NCBI RefSeq assembly: GCF_006345805.1
Contig: NC_043011.1
Span: forward strand, 26,114,464-26,178,463
Direction of reading: 5' to 3'
Source: Octopus sinensis
Lineage: Eukaryota
DNA: 64,000 bases
How positions within the stretch are numbered: position 1 is the stretch's first letter; every line of letters starts with the position of its first letter. This document shows, in pieces, positions 51,050-58,900 of the stretch. Made by a program: the position numbers and the translations under genes. Below the pieces are notes generated by a model that worked only from the letters and a program-made list of their open reading frames with translations, did no database searches and was not told the DNA's origin.

Positions 51050-54000
51050 GGAAGGGCATCCAGCCGTAGAAACACTGCCAGATCAGACTGGGCCTGATGC
51101 AGCCTTCTGGCTGCACAGACCCCAGTTGAACCGTCCAACCCATGCTAGCATGGAAAGCGGACGCTAAATGATGATGATGATGATGATATATATATATATA
51201 TATATATATATCTGTGTATGAGTGTGTGTTTGTGTATGTTATCTCCTTTGCTTGACAATCAGTGTTGGTTTGTTTACCTCCTTGTAACTTAGCAATTTCA
51301 ACAAAGCAAACCATCAGAATAAGCACAAGACTTTGAAGATAAGTACTGGAGTCACTTTGTTCAATTAAACCCTTCAAGGTGGTGCTCCAGCATGACCACA
51401 CTCTAACGACCGAAACAAGTAAAAGACAAAAGATATGTCAGGTCAGGTCCAATTCCATCAAAGACTAATGGAAACTTGCTTACTGGTAACCATGTAATCC
51501 AGTACTACTCATAGTTGAATGGTCGGTGACTGAAGTAGCCCCTTATTTGGTTTGCTTGGTATGGAGGGTAAGTTGGCATGCAGCAGAATTCAAAAATATA
51601 ACTTGTCAAAAATAAATGAGCTACTAGGGAGTTGAAAGCACCCTTGTCCAGTGAAGCAGACAGGTGCCACCAAATTATCAAACTCAATGAAACACTTAAA
51701 TGGAAGTTACACTAGTATTTAATTCTATACTGAAACGATCTGGGCCCAGGTCATAAAGCAAGCCCAAGACTAAAAAGATATTCAGGTGACCCAAATGACA
51801 GAAATGGTACAAGGGTGGGGGAATGAATTTACTTGTGTGTGAAAGAAAGGTGAGTACATCTGTGAGAGAAAAGGAGAAAAAGTACGTATGTGTGGATGGG
51901 AGAGAGGTGGGAGAGAGATAGAGAGAAAGGTAGTGAATGAGGGCTTGTGTAGGAAAAAGACTGTGAATGTAAGAGAGAAAAAAGAGTGCAAATCAAAGAG
52001 AGTAGGCAAGAGAGAGAGAGTGATCAAAAAGAGTGTGCATGAGAGATATAGCAAATATGAGAGAGGGGCAAATAAAGAGAGAGAGAGGGTGTATAAGAGA
52101 ATGGGCATGAGAAATGGGGGTAAGAGAGAGGGCAAATGTGAGAAAGAAAATCAAAGGCGAGAGAGCAGATAAGAAAGGGAGAGAATTAAAAGGGAGAGAA
52201 AGAGTGCAAATGAGAAAAAGAGAGAGAGAAAGTGAAGTTGTAAACAAAGTTACAAAATAGAATTCCGCTGATAACATTTAAACAGTGTGTCCTCATTTAT
52301 AACCTCGTACTTAGAATAAAATAAAAAACAAAAAACAAAAAAGCAACATCAATAAATCTGAACTCACAACTTGTTATAAAGAAATTGTCAATATTGCACT
52401 GCTTGATATGGGAGATGAACAAATTAGAAGAAAACATGAGAAGGTATGGAGGAGAGACAAAGGATCTAGTATTTTCAAGCTTTGCTCTTCTGATGAGATT
52501 GAAGAACAAAGAAAAGGTGGAGGATATGGTAACTTGGAATGGAGGGAACTAAAATTACTCCTTGTTTTACATTTTATGTTCTACTTGTTTCAGTCATAGA
52601 ACAATAGCCATGCTGTAGTACCATCTCAAATGATATAATCAAACAAATCATCCCCAGTACTTATCATTTTAAGGTTTGGTATTTATTCTGTCAGTTTTTT
52701 GTTTTTTTTGTCAAACTACTACATCATTTGAAAAACAGTTTGTAATATATATATATATAAGAGAACAAGGTGTACATTACGCCGCAATAATCTATGTATA
52801 AAAAATATATATAAAAATGCAAAATGGGACAAGAACGCAAAACATTCAAATAGACAACACAAAAAAACGGACGGGTCATTCGAAGCCTCTAATCTTCAGT
52901 CAAGAACTGGATCATCCTCGCAATTTTGGCTGATTAACCCATTGTTACAAACCCGGCCAAAACCGGCTCTGGCTCTGTGGTAAAATGTCTTGTTTTCATA
53001 ATTTTTGAATTAAAATCTTCCACCAAGCCTTAGTCACAATTAATGTTCCTAACACCAGCTTAATGATAACTTGGTTATTTTACTAAATTCTTTGTTATAT
53101 TTAAAATAATTGAGAGAAACACAGAACGTCTCAAAATAAATACGGTAACGAAAGGGTTAATCTTGAGATCGCTCCGATCCGGCCAGCCCCCAGGAAAAAC
53201 TAAGCTATGAGCATTAGATTTCTTGGAAAAAGGATCGAATGTATACAAAACAAGGACAGAAAAACAGATGATGCCACACGAATATAAATACAAAAAACAA
53301 TAATAATAATAACAGGACAAAAACAACAGGTGTCTTTTGACTTTAGACATTGGAAAATAATGCCTTATGGCATTATTATTCTGGCAGTGCTCAGAAGCTG
53401 AAAGGCTAGTTGAGAAGAGAAGAGAGAGAAAAAAGGGGCAAAGGAATCAAAGAGAGAGAGAAAAAGAGGGACAAAGGCACTAAAGAGGGGGAGAAGAGAG
53501 AGAAAGAAGGAATTAAGGAGGGGAGAAGAAAGAGAGCGTGCCAAGGATTGGCAGGACAACAGAAAGGCAGGGTCAGTGAGGTGCAAAGTGAGAAAGACAG
53601 AGAAATGTGAGAGAGTGGGGGGGAAGAGGAGACCAAAGAATCAAAGAGGGCATCCAACCATTGAAACCATGCCAAAGCAGACAATAGAGCTGGTGCATCT
53701 CTCTGATTTGCCAGCTCTGTTAAACCATCCAACCCTTGCCAGCATGGAAGATGGGCGTTAAATGATGATACTGATGTGTGTGTGTGTGTGTCTGTCCTTT
53801 TGTCCCTGACCACTGCTTGACAACTAGTCTTGGTGTGTTTACATCCCTGTAACTTAACCAGGATTAACAGAATAAGTACTGGGGGTGATTTGCTCAACTA
53901 AAATTTTTCAAGGTGGTGCCTTAGCATGGCCACATCCTAATGGCTGAAACGAGTAAAAAATAAAAGTTAAGATACATAGTAACCATCAGATTCACAACTA

Positions 54001-54956
54001 AGTATGACTGTCTTTTGTGTTCCCTTCTTTCCTATTAAGATTTTGTGTCTCCCAGTTATGGGCCTTCAAAAGTACTCCAAAGGTTGATACATCCACACGA
54101 GTGATTAGAATCATAATCATTCCTGCCTTCTGTATTATGTAAGCTGGATAATCCATCAGTCACATTTTAACTCCAATTTCAACATGGTCAATTCTTCAAA
54201 TAATGGTTGTAATCCACCTCAATTGCTGAATTCAGTTTTCTCTTGTTTAAAATTATTTAATACATTATATATCATCATCATCATTTAACAGTCATTTACC
54301 ATGCTGGCATGGGTTGGACTGTTTGACCAGAACTGGCAAGCAGGAGAGCTGCACCAGGTTCCAGTCTTATTTGGTGTAGTTTCCAAAGCTGGATGCCCTT
54401 CCTGATGCCATCAACTTTACAGAGTGCACTGTGCTATTCACAGGGCACCAGTGCAGGAGCTATTATGTGGCATGGGTGCAGGTGTTATTATACAGTGCCA
54501 GCACAGGAGCTTTTTACATGCTACTATTTTTACATAGATGTGTGTGTGTGTGCGCCAACTTTTCCATGTCTGCATGGGTCACAGAATTTGCCAAGGCAGA
54601 TTTTCTACAGCTGGATGCCCTTGCTGTTGCCAACCTTCAAATGTTTCCAAGCAAGGTAATATTTTCTCATGGCTAGACCTGTTTTGCACAGGAGACTGGA
54701 AACAAACATCGTTTGTATGACAATGATGTTCACTTACAACCATTATGAGATATCAAGAGCAGGGTACACACACACACACATTAATATTTGTTTTTATGCT
54801 CAGTTATAATAAAAACGATTTTACTTTAATCTGATGAGTCCCTCATTACTTTTGTAGAGTACAAGTTTATTTTTCTTATACAAGATTATTGATGGTGACT
54901 TCAAAGTTCCAGCCAGCTAACCCATTATCAGATGGCTGACAACATGCTTGTACAAG

Positions 54957-55043
<87 letters not shown>

Positions 55044-58000
55044 GGCTTCTTTCAGTTTCTAGCAATGAAATTCTCTTTCAAGGTTTTGCTCAGCCCGGGG
55101 TTATAGTAGAAGACACTTGCCCATGGTGCCACACAGAAGGACTAAACCCAAAACCATATATAAGGTGGTATCAAAACATTTCTGGACTAGTTTTGTAGCA
55201 CACCAACAGATGGCACCAGACAGTTGTGTGCAGTAAGAGCTACAAGTGACCTTAATGAGGCAGCGTGCTGAGTGACATCGCTGTGTATACTTTGCAAGTT
55301 GTGAAATTTGCTTTTGTGATCGTATATGCTGTAGTGGCAGGAACTCTGGGACTGATGCATTGCTGCTCAAGGTGACTATTTCAAATGAGATGATGTTAAT
55401 ACTTAGGTAAATAAGTTATTTGTTATTAAACATAACTAGTCCAGGAACCTTTTGATACCACCTAATTGTTAGGAAGCAAGTTTCTTAACCACAGTTACAT
55501 CTGCCTGCACTGATGTTGAGAAAAAATATTTGTTTTCATTGCCCCATCCAGTTTATTCATCAGAGAGGGAGAATAAAAAAATTGTTAACAGAAGTTAAAT
55601 ATAACCAGTCATCATTTAACAATTGTAGATTTGTTAACACATGATGATGGTCATTACAAGTCCAGTCAAGGAGGCAGAGAACCAAGTGAACATTTTGCTC
55701 TTCTTAGTGCATGTACATACATTGAACTATTGCTACAACTAAACCCAAAAGAAAATAGTTTAAACAAAGAAGAACTGTCGATAAAGATTTGAAAAATTTG
55801 GTTGTGAATAAGTTGCGTGAAACATGGTAAGTCATAAAGTTCTCTATTGACAAGCTCTAAACATTTGTGAATAGATGTCTCCAGAATATCCTTTGGGTAA
55901 GATGGCAAGACAGACTCGGACACAGCCTTGTAGGAACATTGGAACCAACAGCCTACTGAAACCCAGATCAAGAAAGGAAATGGGTTTGGCTGGGACCACT
56001 AGTGTAGCTAGAGTGCATGCCACCTGGGGCGGCCCTTCTGTCTGCTGCCCCTAGACCCTACAAAAAACACATTGCCTACAGCAATAGCCTACAACAGGAT
56101 GAAAAGTGCTGCCCAGGGCAGACAACTCCTAGCACCACTACCCCTAGCTACGCTAGTGGCCGGGACACACTTTACAGAAACCTGTCTGACATTACAAGGC
56201 AGGCTCTCCAATGGGTACCCCAAGGGAGACAAAGGTATGGCAGAGCAAAAATAACAGAGAAGATTCACACTAACTGAAGCACTGGCAGGTAGTTACATCT
56301 GAGAACAACTGCAATCCACTGCCACAGATCAAGACAACGAGAGATATCATGCTGGTGCCCTATGCTCTGCATAGAGTTATCTTTAAGAAGACACTGAGAT
56401 TAAAGTTTACATAAGCTGGATTTTAACTCAAAAAGAATAGAAGAAGCAAACTTACAGAAATGTTGTGCAGTTCTCTAATTGCTGGACAAAGTCCACGGCT
56501 TTAGTGTGAGATGCAAGCAAAATAGTGGCCTACAATCATACATGATACTGAACTAAAAGGTGAAAGATTGTTAGTCCTATCCACAGCAAAGAGTGAGTTA
56601 TTTCTCTGTGTGAGTGGTTAAGAAGTTTGCTTTGCAATTCCAATCAAGCCCCAGGTTGAATCACACTGCAACAGACTTTTACTTTAACATTGTGTCAACT
56701 CACCCTTTGTGAGTGAAAAGGGGCAGATGGAAATTGTGCAGTAGTCCAGATAATCAAGCTTAATATTGATCCTAAAAACCAGTAGAGAGTAACAATTGCC
56801 TTTGTCACAGATTATCTCAGCTTTGATTTTAAACTATAGATATTTCATTTCCTTCATATAGTTAATACTTGAACGTCTCACAATCACATTTCTCAAATCC
56901 TATAAATCTCAAGTCTGATAAATCAATGTATCATACAGTTGATCGCTATACAAATTCCTAAAGAGCAATTCTTAGTAGAAGTTTGGAATAGATGTCCTTC
57001 GAAGTTCCATGTCTCATGGGAAGTAAGGAAGTAATATTTCCCTATTTTATTTTTTATAATTATTTTTTAGTATTCCTGTCTTTTAAACTATGGGAATTAC
57101 GATTCTATAAAATATGAAAATCTTTTGCAGAAATTTCTATTTTCTATATTTTTGCATTCCACTTCCCATGCCCTTTTCTTTTTCTATGACGAGTGGGGCT
57201 TCGAGGGATAGCTTTTCCGAACCTCTGCCTAAGTTCCTATACAGACTTTTACATTTGAACTTAATGTTTTCCAAACTGCGGAATTTGTTGAGACGAGGTA
57301 GATGACATATATATAGACATGGTTTTGTTTCTGATATAGACACAAGGCCCGAAATTTAGGGGAAAGGTTGGTCGATTACATCGATCCCGGTACTTTATTT
57401 TATCGTCTCCGAAAGGATGAAAGGCAAAGTTGACCTCGACGTTCAGCATGCGAATTCGAAAGAAATGCCGCAAGTCATTTTTGCCGGCGCGCAGACGATT
57501 CTATCAGCTCGCCGCCTTACGTAACTCAATTTCGAGCACTTTTACGTTGCTAATTATGTTATAACTCCAGTGTCAGTGATCTGAGTCAAATAAAACCAAC
57601 CGTCTAGACCAATTCACTTTATATATAGTGTTACATGCTTTATACAAAATGTTATATATAATGTTACATACTGTAACAAGTACCTGTAACATATATGTTC
57701 GTAACATAAAGTACATGTATGTGTAAATATGAGCTGAATGTGTATCATGGAAGTAATAAACAAATGAATACCCTGAAAGCTTAAAAATAAGAATGTCCGA
57801 ATGATTACATAAACGCGGAGAAAAATATCAAAATCAAGGACACTGTTAGTAACACTAAATTGAAAGTGTAACAAACAAGGATATCAGAAACAAAATAAAG
57901 GCACGGTTGGAACAAATATATATGGAAAGGGTAAATAAAGAGAGATAGAGAGATAGATGTATATTTACAGTCGTTGGAGGAATATCGCAAGCAACCAAAA

Positions 58001-58113
58001 TAAATGTTTTTGTTGGTCTTAATTGTGGTGTCCATCTGCCAAAGTTTCAACCGACCGGGTATGGTGTGTTGCTGACATCTCAATAACACCCGAGATACCT
58101 GTATGAGAGACAT
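820..58113 (-). CDS. VWA8: VWA8 (von Willebrand factor A domain-containing protein 8), 5' part: 27 coding exons, 1063 codons; the 3' part lies beyond the left edge
   Basis: Hand-spliced exons match human VWA8 as I recall it, e.g. [102 protein letters not shown]. All introns are GT-AG, phases are compatible and there is no internal stop. Confidence 0.97.
1700..3490 (+). mobile_element. Decayed CR1-clade LINE (ORF2 RT plus 3' end)
   Basis: ORFs 1749-2096 and 2214-2873 carry [43 protein letters not shown] and YADD. C-terminal VPDEP..RAA motif is near 3330-3390. Multiple stops and frameshifts. Confidence 0.9.
3570..3947 (-). mobile_element. tRNA-derived SINE with CORE-like central domain (family A), full length
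   Basis: Reverse complement of the 22148-22578 copy; A-box-like head, ACCTTGGGCAAGTGTCTT-type core, (GTAAAAGA)n tail. Dozens of decayed copies occur in the window. Confidence 0.85.
3997..5123 (-). mobile_element. Decayed Tc1/mariner DD37D (maT) transposon
   Basis: ORF 4579-5022 ([38 protein letters not shown]), then frameshifted TVMVLGV and [13 protein letters not shown]. There are 37 residues between the mutated second Asp position and the third Asp. Degenerate TIRs; the left end abuts TA. Confidence 0.9.
5290..5919 (-). mobile_element. Mariner (DD34D-type) 5' fragment
   Basis: [35 protein letters not shown] (HTH and VP(R/K)xL region); TIR TGAGGTCTGATCAATAAGTATCC next to TA at 5920. Confidence 0.85.
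6118..6189. repeat. 24-bp minisatellite, 3 copies
   Basis: ACAAGAACATCA(A/G)A(G/T)CAACAACA-like unit repeated three times. Confidence 0.8.
6480..6746 (+). mobile_element. RTE LINE 3' coding remnant
   Basis: Frameshifted GRP...[28 protein letters not shown], matching the RTE C-terminus. Confidence 0.65.
6790..7355 (+). mobile_element. RTE 3'-UTR fragment with internal tandem motifs and (GAT)n tail
   Basis: Near-identical to 13650-14179, which directly follows the RTE ORF. Confidence 0.85.
9300..9643 (-). mobile_element. Candidate solo LTR (Gypsy-like termini)
   Basis: TGTTGTA...TACAACA ends (second TGTTGTA at 9324), TATAAATA box on the minus strand; interrupts an AAT/SINE context. Confidence 0.45.
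11035..11275. repeat. Compound (TA)n/(CA)n microsatellite with a higher-order unit
   Basis: Recurring (AT)n-CATACACACAATAC blocks; source of the spurious YI/CV ORFs. Confidence 0.9.
11573..11724 (-). CDS. VWA8: VWA8 exon 26
   Basis: [50 protein letters not shown]+GA; 152 nt. Confidence 0.96.
12170..14179 (+). mobile_element. Young 5'-truncated RTE-clade LINE (RT, PHD insert, 3' UTR VNTR, (GAT)n tail), antisense to VWA8 in intron 25
   Basis: About 455 uninterrupted codons to the stop at 13537: [40 protein letters not shown] (12566-12577), [28 protein letters not shown]. Confidence 0.95.
14180..14304 (+). mobile_element. Non-autonomous Helitron 3' end
   Basis: Hairpin CCCAGGCAAGGCTGGG followed by CTAG|T, same terminal design as the 48612-49117 element. 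Confidence 0.55.
15606..15811 (-). CDS. VWA8: VWA8 exon 25
   Basis: [68 protein letters not shown]; 206 nt. Confidence 0.97.
17171..17384 (+). mobile_element. tRNA-derived SINE with Nin/Deu-like core (family D), 14-bp TSD
   Basis: TSD AGAAGGTCAGCTAT at 17157-17170 and 17385-17398; core GCCTTTCATCCTTTTGGGGTCGATAAATTAAGTACCAG. Confidence 0.9.
17602..17721 (-). CDS. VWA8: VWA8 exon 24
   Basis: [39 protein letters not shown]; 120 nt. Confidence 0.96.
17998..18133 (-). CDS. VWA8: VWA8 exon 23
   Basis: [45 protein letters not shown]; 136 nt; Walker B VIDE. Confidence 0.96.
19608..19800 (+). mobile_element. RTE 3' coding remnant, same family as 12170-14179
   Basis: [27 protein letters not shown] with stops. 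Confidence 0.8.
20248..20323 (-). CDS. VWA8: VWA8 exon 22
   Basis: [25 protein letters not shown]; 76 nt. Confidence 0.96.
20990..21300 (-). mobile_element. tRNA-derived SINE (family B)
   Basis: Related to the 25409-25710 copy; minus strand has TGGCCCAGTGG A-box and GGTTTCGATTCC B-box. Confidence 0.8.
21609..21757 (-). CDS. VWA8: VWA8 exon 21
   Basis: [49 protein letters not shown]; 149 nt; Walker A GNQGVGKN. Confidence 0.97.
22148..22578 (+). mobile_element. tRNA-derived SINE family A, full length, with internal 22-bp duplication
   Basis: Head, CORE-like ACCTTGGGCAAGTGTCTT, (TA/TG)n middle, GGTGCTCCAGCATGGCCACAGTC tail; GAATAAGTAATAGGCTTACAAA twice at 22439-22482. Confidence 0.88.
24185..24291 (-). 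CDS. VWA8: VWA8 exon 20
   Basis: (C)[35 protein letters not shown]; 107 nt. Confidence 0.94.
24672..25020 (+). mobile_element. Non-autonomous Helentron (HINE/DINE-1-like)
   Basis: 5' ACCTCTGCC-ttagcgaa-GGCAGAGGT inverted repeat, (TTTG)n, 3' GGCAGAG subTIR and GCGCTCTCTGAG stem-loop; second copy at 31047-31316. Confidence 0.65.
25409..25710 (+). mobile_element. Young tRNA-derived SINE (family B), 15-bp TSD
   Basis: A-box TGGCCTAGTGG, B-box GGTTCGAATC; TSD AAGGAAGTATATTTG at 25394-25408 and 25711-25725; CpGs retained. Confidence 0.9.
25884..25990 (-). CDS. VWA8: VWA8 exon 19
   Basis: [35 protein letters not shown]; 107 nt. Confidence 0.92.
26127..26242 (-). CDS. VWA8: VWA8 exon 18
   Basis: [38 protein letters not shown]; 116 nt. 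Confidence 0.96.
26347..26669. mobile_element. Foldback/MITE-like element with about 140-150 bp inverted arms
   Basis: The left arm (to 26503) is the reverse complement of the right arm (from 26528) with few indels; 24-nt spacer. Confidence 0.85.
27731..27802 (-). CDS. VWA8: VWA8 exon 17
   Basis: [24 protein letters not shown]; 72 nt. Confidence 0.92.
29423..29904. repeat. Perfect 241-bp tandem duplication spanning the 3' half of exon 16 and its donor
   Basis: 29423-29663 is identical to 29664-29904 base by base. Confidence 0.95.
29818..29986 (-). CDS. VWA8: VWA8 exon 16
   Basis: [56 protein letters not shown]; 169 nt; its 3' half is tandemly duplicated downstream. Confidence 0.96.
30300..30780 (+). 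mobile_element. Highly decayed LINE C-terminal remnant
   Basis: LNRLK...[13 protein letters not shown] resembles the terminal Cx-CG-QT-H zinc knuckle of non-LTR ORF2. Confidence 0.35.
31047..31316 (+). mobile_element. Non-autonomous Helentron (HINE), second copy
   Basis: CTCCGCCTTAGCAAAGGTGGAGGT 5' inverted repeat; 3' GCGCTCTCTGAGTGC stem-loop. Confidence 0.65.
31711..31824 (-). CDS. VWA8: VWA8 exon 15
   Basis: [37 protein letters not shown]; 114 nt. Confidence 0.96.
32868..33028 (-). CDS. VWA8: VWA8 exon 14
   Basis: [53 protein letters not shown]+AG; 161 nt. Confidence 0.96.
35066..35143 (-). CDS. VWA8: VWA8 exon 13
   Basis: [26 protein letters not shown]; 78 nt; completes Walker A GPKGCGKS. 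Confidence 0.95.
36032..36163 (-). CDS. VWA8: VWA8 exon 12
   Basis: [44 protein letters not shown]; 132 nt; carries the first half of Walker A. Confidence 0.95.
37585..37701 (-). CDS. VWA8: VWA8 exon 11
   Basis: [39 protein letters not shown]; ATTCAG/GTATGT; 117 nt, divergent linker region. Confidence 0.85.
38143..38247 (-). CDS. VWA8: VWA8 exon 10
   Basis: [35 protein letters not shown]; 105 nt. Confidence 0.93.
38431..39536 (+). mobile_element. Internally deleted maT/DD37D-like transposon carrying a nested SINE
   Basis: [17 protein letters not shown]; [15 protein letters not shown]; [23 protein letters not shown]; degenerate CAG...CTG TIRs between TA dinucleotides. The SINE at 38584-38788 has a 16-bp TSD GAAGCCATCTAAATAT. 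Confidence 0.8.
40049..40157 (-). CDS. VWA8: VWA8 exon 9
   Basis: [36 protein letters not shown]; 109 nt. Confidence 0.95.
42049..42098 (-). CDS. VWA8: VWA8 exon 8 (50-nt small exon)
   Basis: [16 protein letters not shown]+AA; TTGTAG/GTAAGC; phase fits both neighbours. Confidence 0.9.
43011..43175 (-). CDS. VWA8: VWA8 exon 7
   Basis: [55 protein letters not shown]; 165 nt. Confidence 0.96.
43508..43675 (-). CDS. VWA8: VWA8 exon 6
   Basis: [56 protein letters not shown]; 168 nt. Confidence 0.96.
44667..44777 (-). CDS. VWA8: VWA8 exon 5
   Basis: [37 protein letters not shown]; 111 nt. Confidence 0.96.
44797..44945. repeat. Compound (GTA)n/(GGT)n/(GCA)n triplet array
   Basis: More than 20 pure GTA units about 20 nt from the exon 5 acceptor; source of the poly-L and poly-Y ORFs. 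Confidence 0.95.
45609..45683 (-). CDS. VWA8: VWA8 exon 4
   Basis: [25 protein letters not shown]; TATTAG/GTAAGT; 75 nt. Confidence 0.95.
47388..47443 (-). CDS. VWA8: VWA8 exon 3
   Basis: [18 protein letters not shown]; TTTCAG/GTATAT; 56 nt. Confidence 0.93.
47563..47782. mobile_element. piggyBac-type MITE (decayed)
   Basis: TTAA on both sides, CCTTT...AGGT termini; related fragment ends AAAGGGTTAA near 49400. Confidence 0.55.
48492..48572 (-). CDS. VWA8: VWA8 exon 2
   Basis: [26 protein letters not shown] (human TVNIGDVSYKLKIPKNPELVPQNY); TTTTAG acceptor, GTAAGT donor; 81 nt. Confidence 0.93.
48612..49117 (-). mobile_element. Non-autonomous Helitron, full length
   Basis: Minus strand begins A|TCTATATATATAAA and ends with the CCCGAGCAACGCCGGG hairpin plus CTAG|T; no TSD; CpG-rich. 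Confidence 0.85.
51780..52240 (+). repeat. Purine-rich (GA) low-complexity tract; similar tract at 53405-53640
   Basis: Almost exclusively A/G on the plus strand; CT-rich counterpart at 40200-40640. Confidence 0.8.
52938..53156. mobile_element. piggyBac-type MITE nested in another repeat
   Basis: TTAA|CCCATTGTTAC...GTAACGAAAGGG|TTAA. Confidence 0.85.
55163..55463. mobile_element. Mariner-type MITE inserted into a family-A SINE
   Basis: 29-bp TIRs AGGTGGTATCAAAA..TT(T/C)CTGGACTAGT; the host SINE resumes on the other side. Confidence 0.85.
55690..56390 (+). mobile_element. Decayed RTE LINE 3' portion, interrupted by a hAT MITE
   Basis: [23 protein letters not shown]; WLGHTL; [22 protein letters not shown]; GALCSA. 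Confidence 0.85.
55997..56158. mobile_element. hAT-type MITE
   Basis: TIRs CACTAGTGTAGCTAG / CTAGCTACGCTAGTG; 8-bp TSD GCTGGGAC / GCCGGGAC. Confidence 0.85.
57969..58113 (-). CDS. VWA8: VWA8 exon 1 (start codon, putative mitochondrial presequence)
   Basis: [48 protein letters not shown]+T, then GTAAAT donor. The phase-1 end fits exon 2, and the sequence is Arg/Ser/Leu-rich like a presequence. Not conserved enough to prove by homology. Confidence 0.75.
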
Positions 58114-58900
58114 CGGCACTAATTTTCACTGGGATAATTATCCTTCCAGTCACTTCAGTAATGATAAAAAGGTAGAAAAATATATACAAACATATATATA
58201 TAAATACACCCCGGTAAACCAGAGATCGCTAGCTGAGTTCCGAAAGGACTGACATCACTGACCGATGTCTTGAAATTCAATGATGAAAAGTATCAAGTTA
58301 GATAACTCTCGTACCCTCATTTGATTATTTCCCTTGATTGTATCCTAGCTCTTAACCTGATTAATGAGATAAGAAAAATTGGAGCAGTCGACTCTCAGAA
58401 AGATAGGACAGCGAGTTTTACAGTATTTAGCTTTGTTTTTCTAATTCGTGAGTTCAAATCATTTGCAGATCGACTTATTCCTTGATCTGATAAAATAAAA
58501 ACAATATGTAATGATAAATCTCAGAGCGAGTTATAAACAATAGCGGTAACACATCGTGACGCATATTTGCCATTTGAATATGGCTAACCCCTAAGGGTGG
58601 ATGCTACTGTAGTTTGTAACCCCAGGAAGATACCTCCTCCAGCTGGCTATAGACACACTATCTGTGCCCTATCATATGCGATTATCATATACTGATATAT
58701 TCGTATTAGTGTCCTCATCTTAGTTGTAAACGTCAAGACACTTCAACCAATGCAATCGGGCTCCTTCAGGTACCTATCGCATTCTGTAACGTTCTCTGAA
58801 ATATGGAACTGATCCCTGTTACACCTCAACCAGAACATGCAGGCATACAGACAGAAAGGCTAACCCAGAGGTTGAAATCATGCCTCCTAGCTAAATTACG
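58114..58900 (-). promoter_or_regulatory. Probable VWA8 5' UTR and promoter region
   Basis: Immediately upstream of the ATG; unique sequence visibly richer in CpG than the gene body. The TSS cannot be determined from sequence. Confidence 0.45.

Noticed and set aside
820-58113. U12-type (minor) intron in VWA8
   Set aside because: No donor matches GTATCCTT or ATATCCTT; all are ordinary GT-AG.
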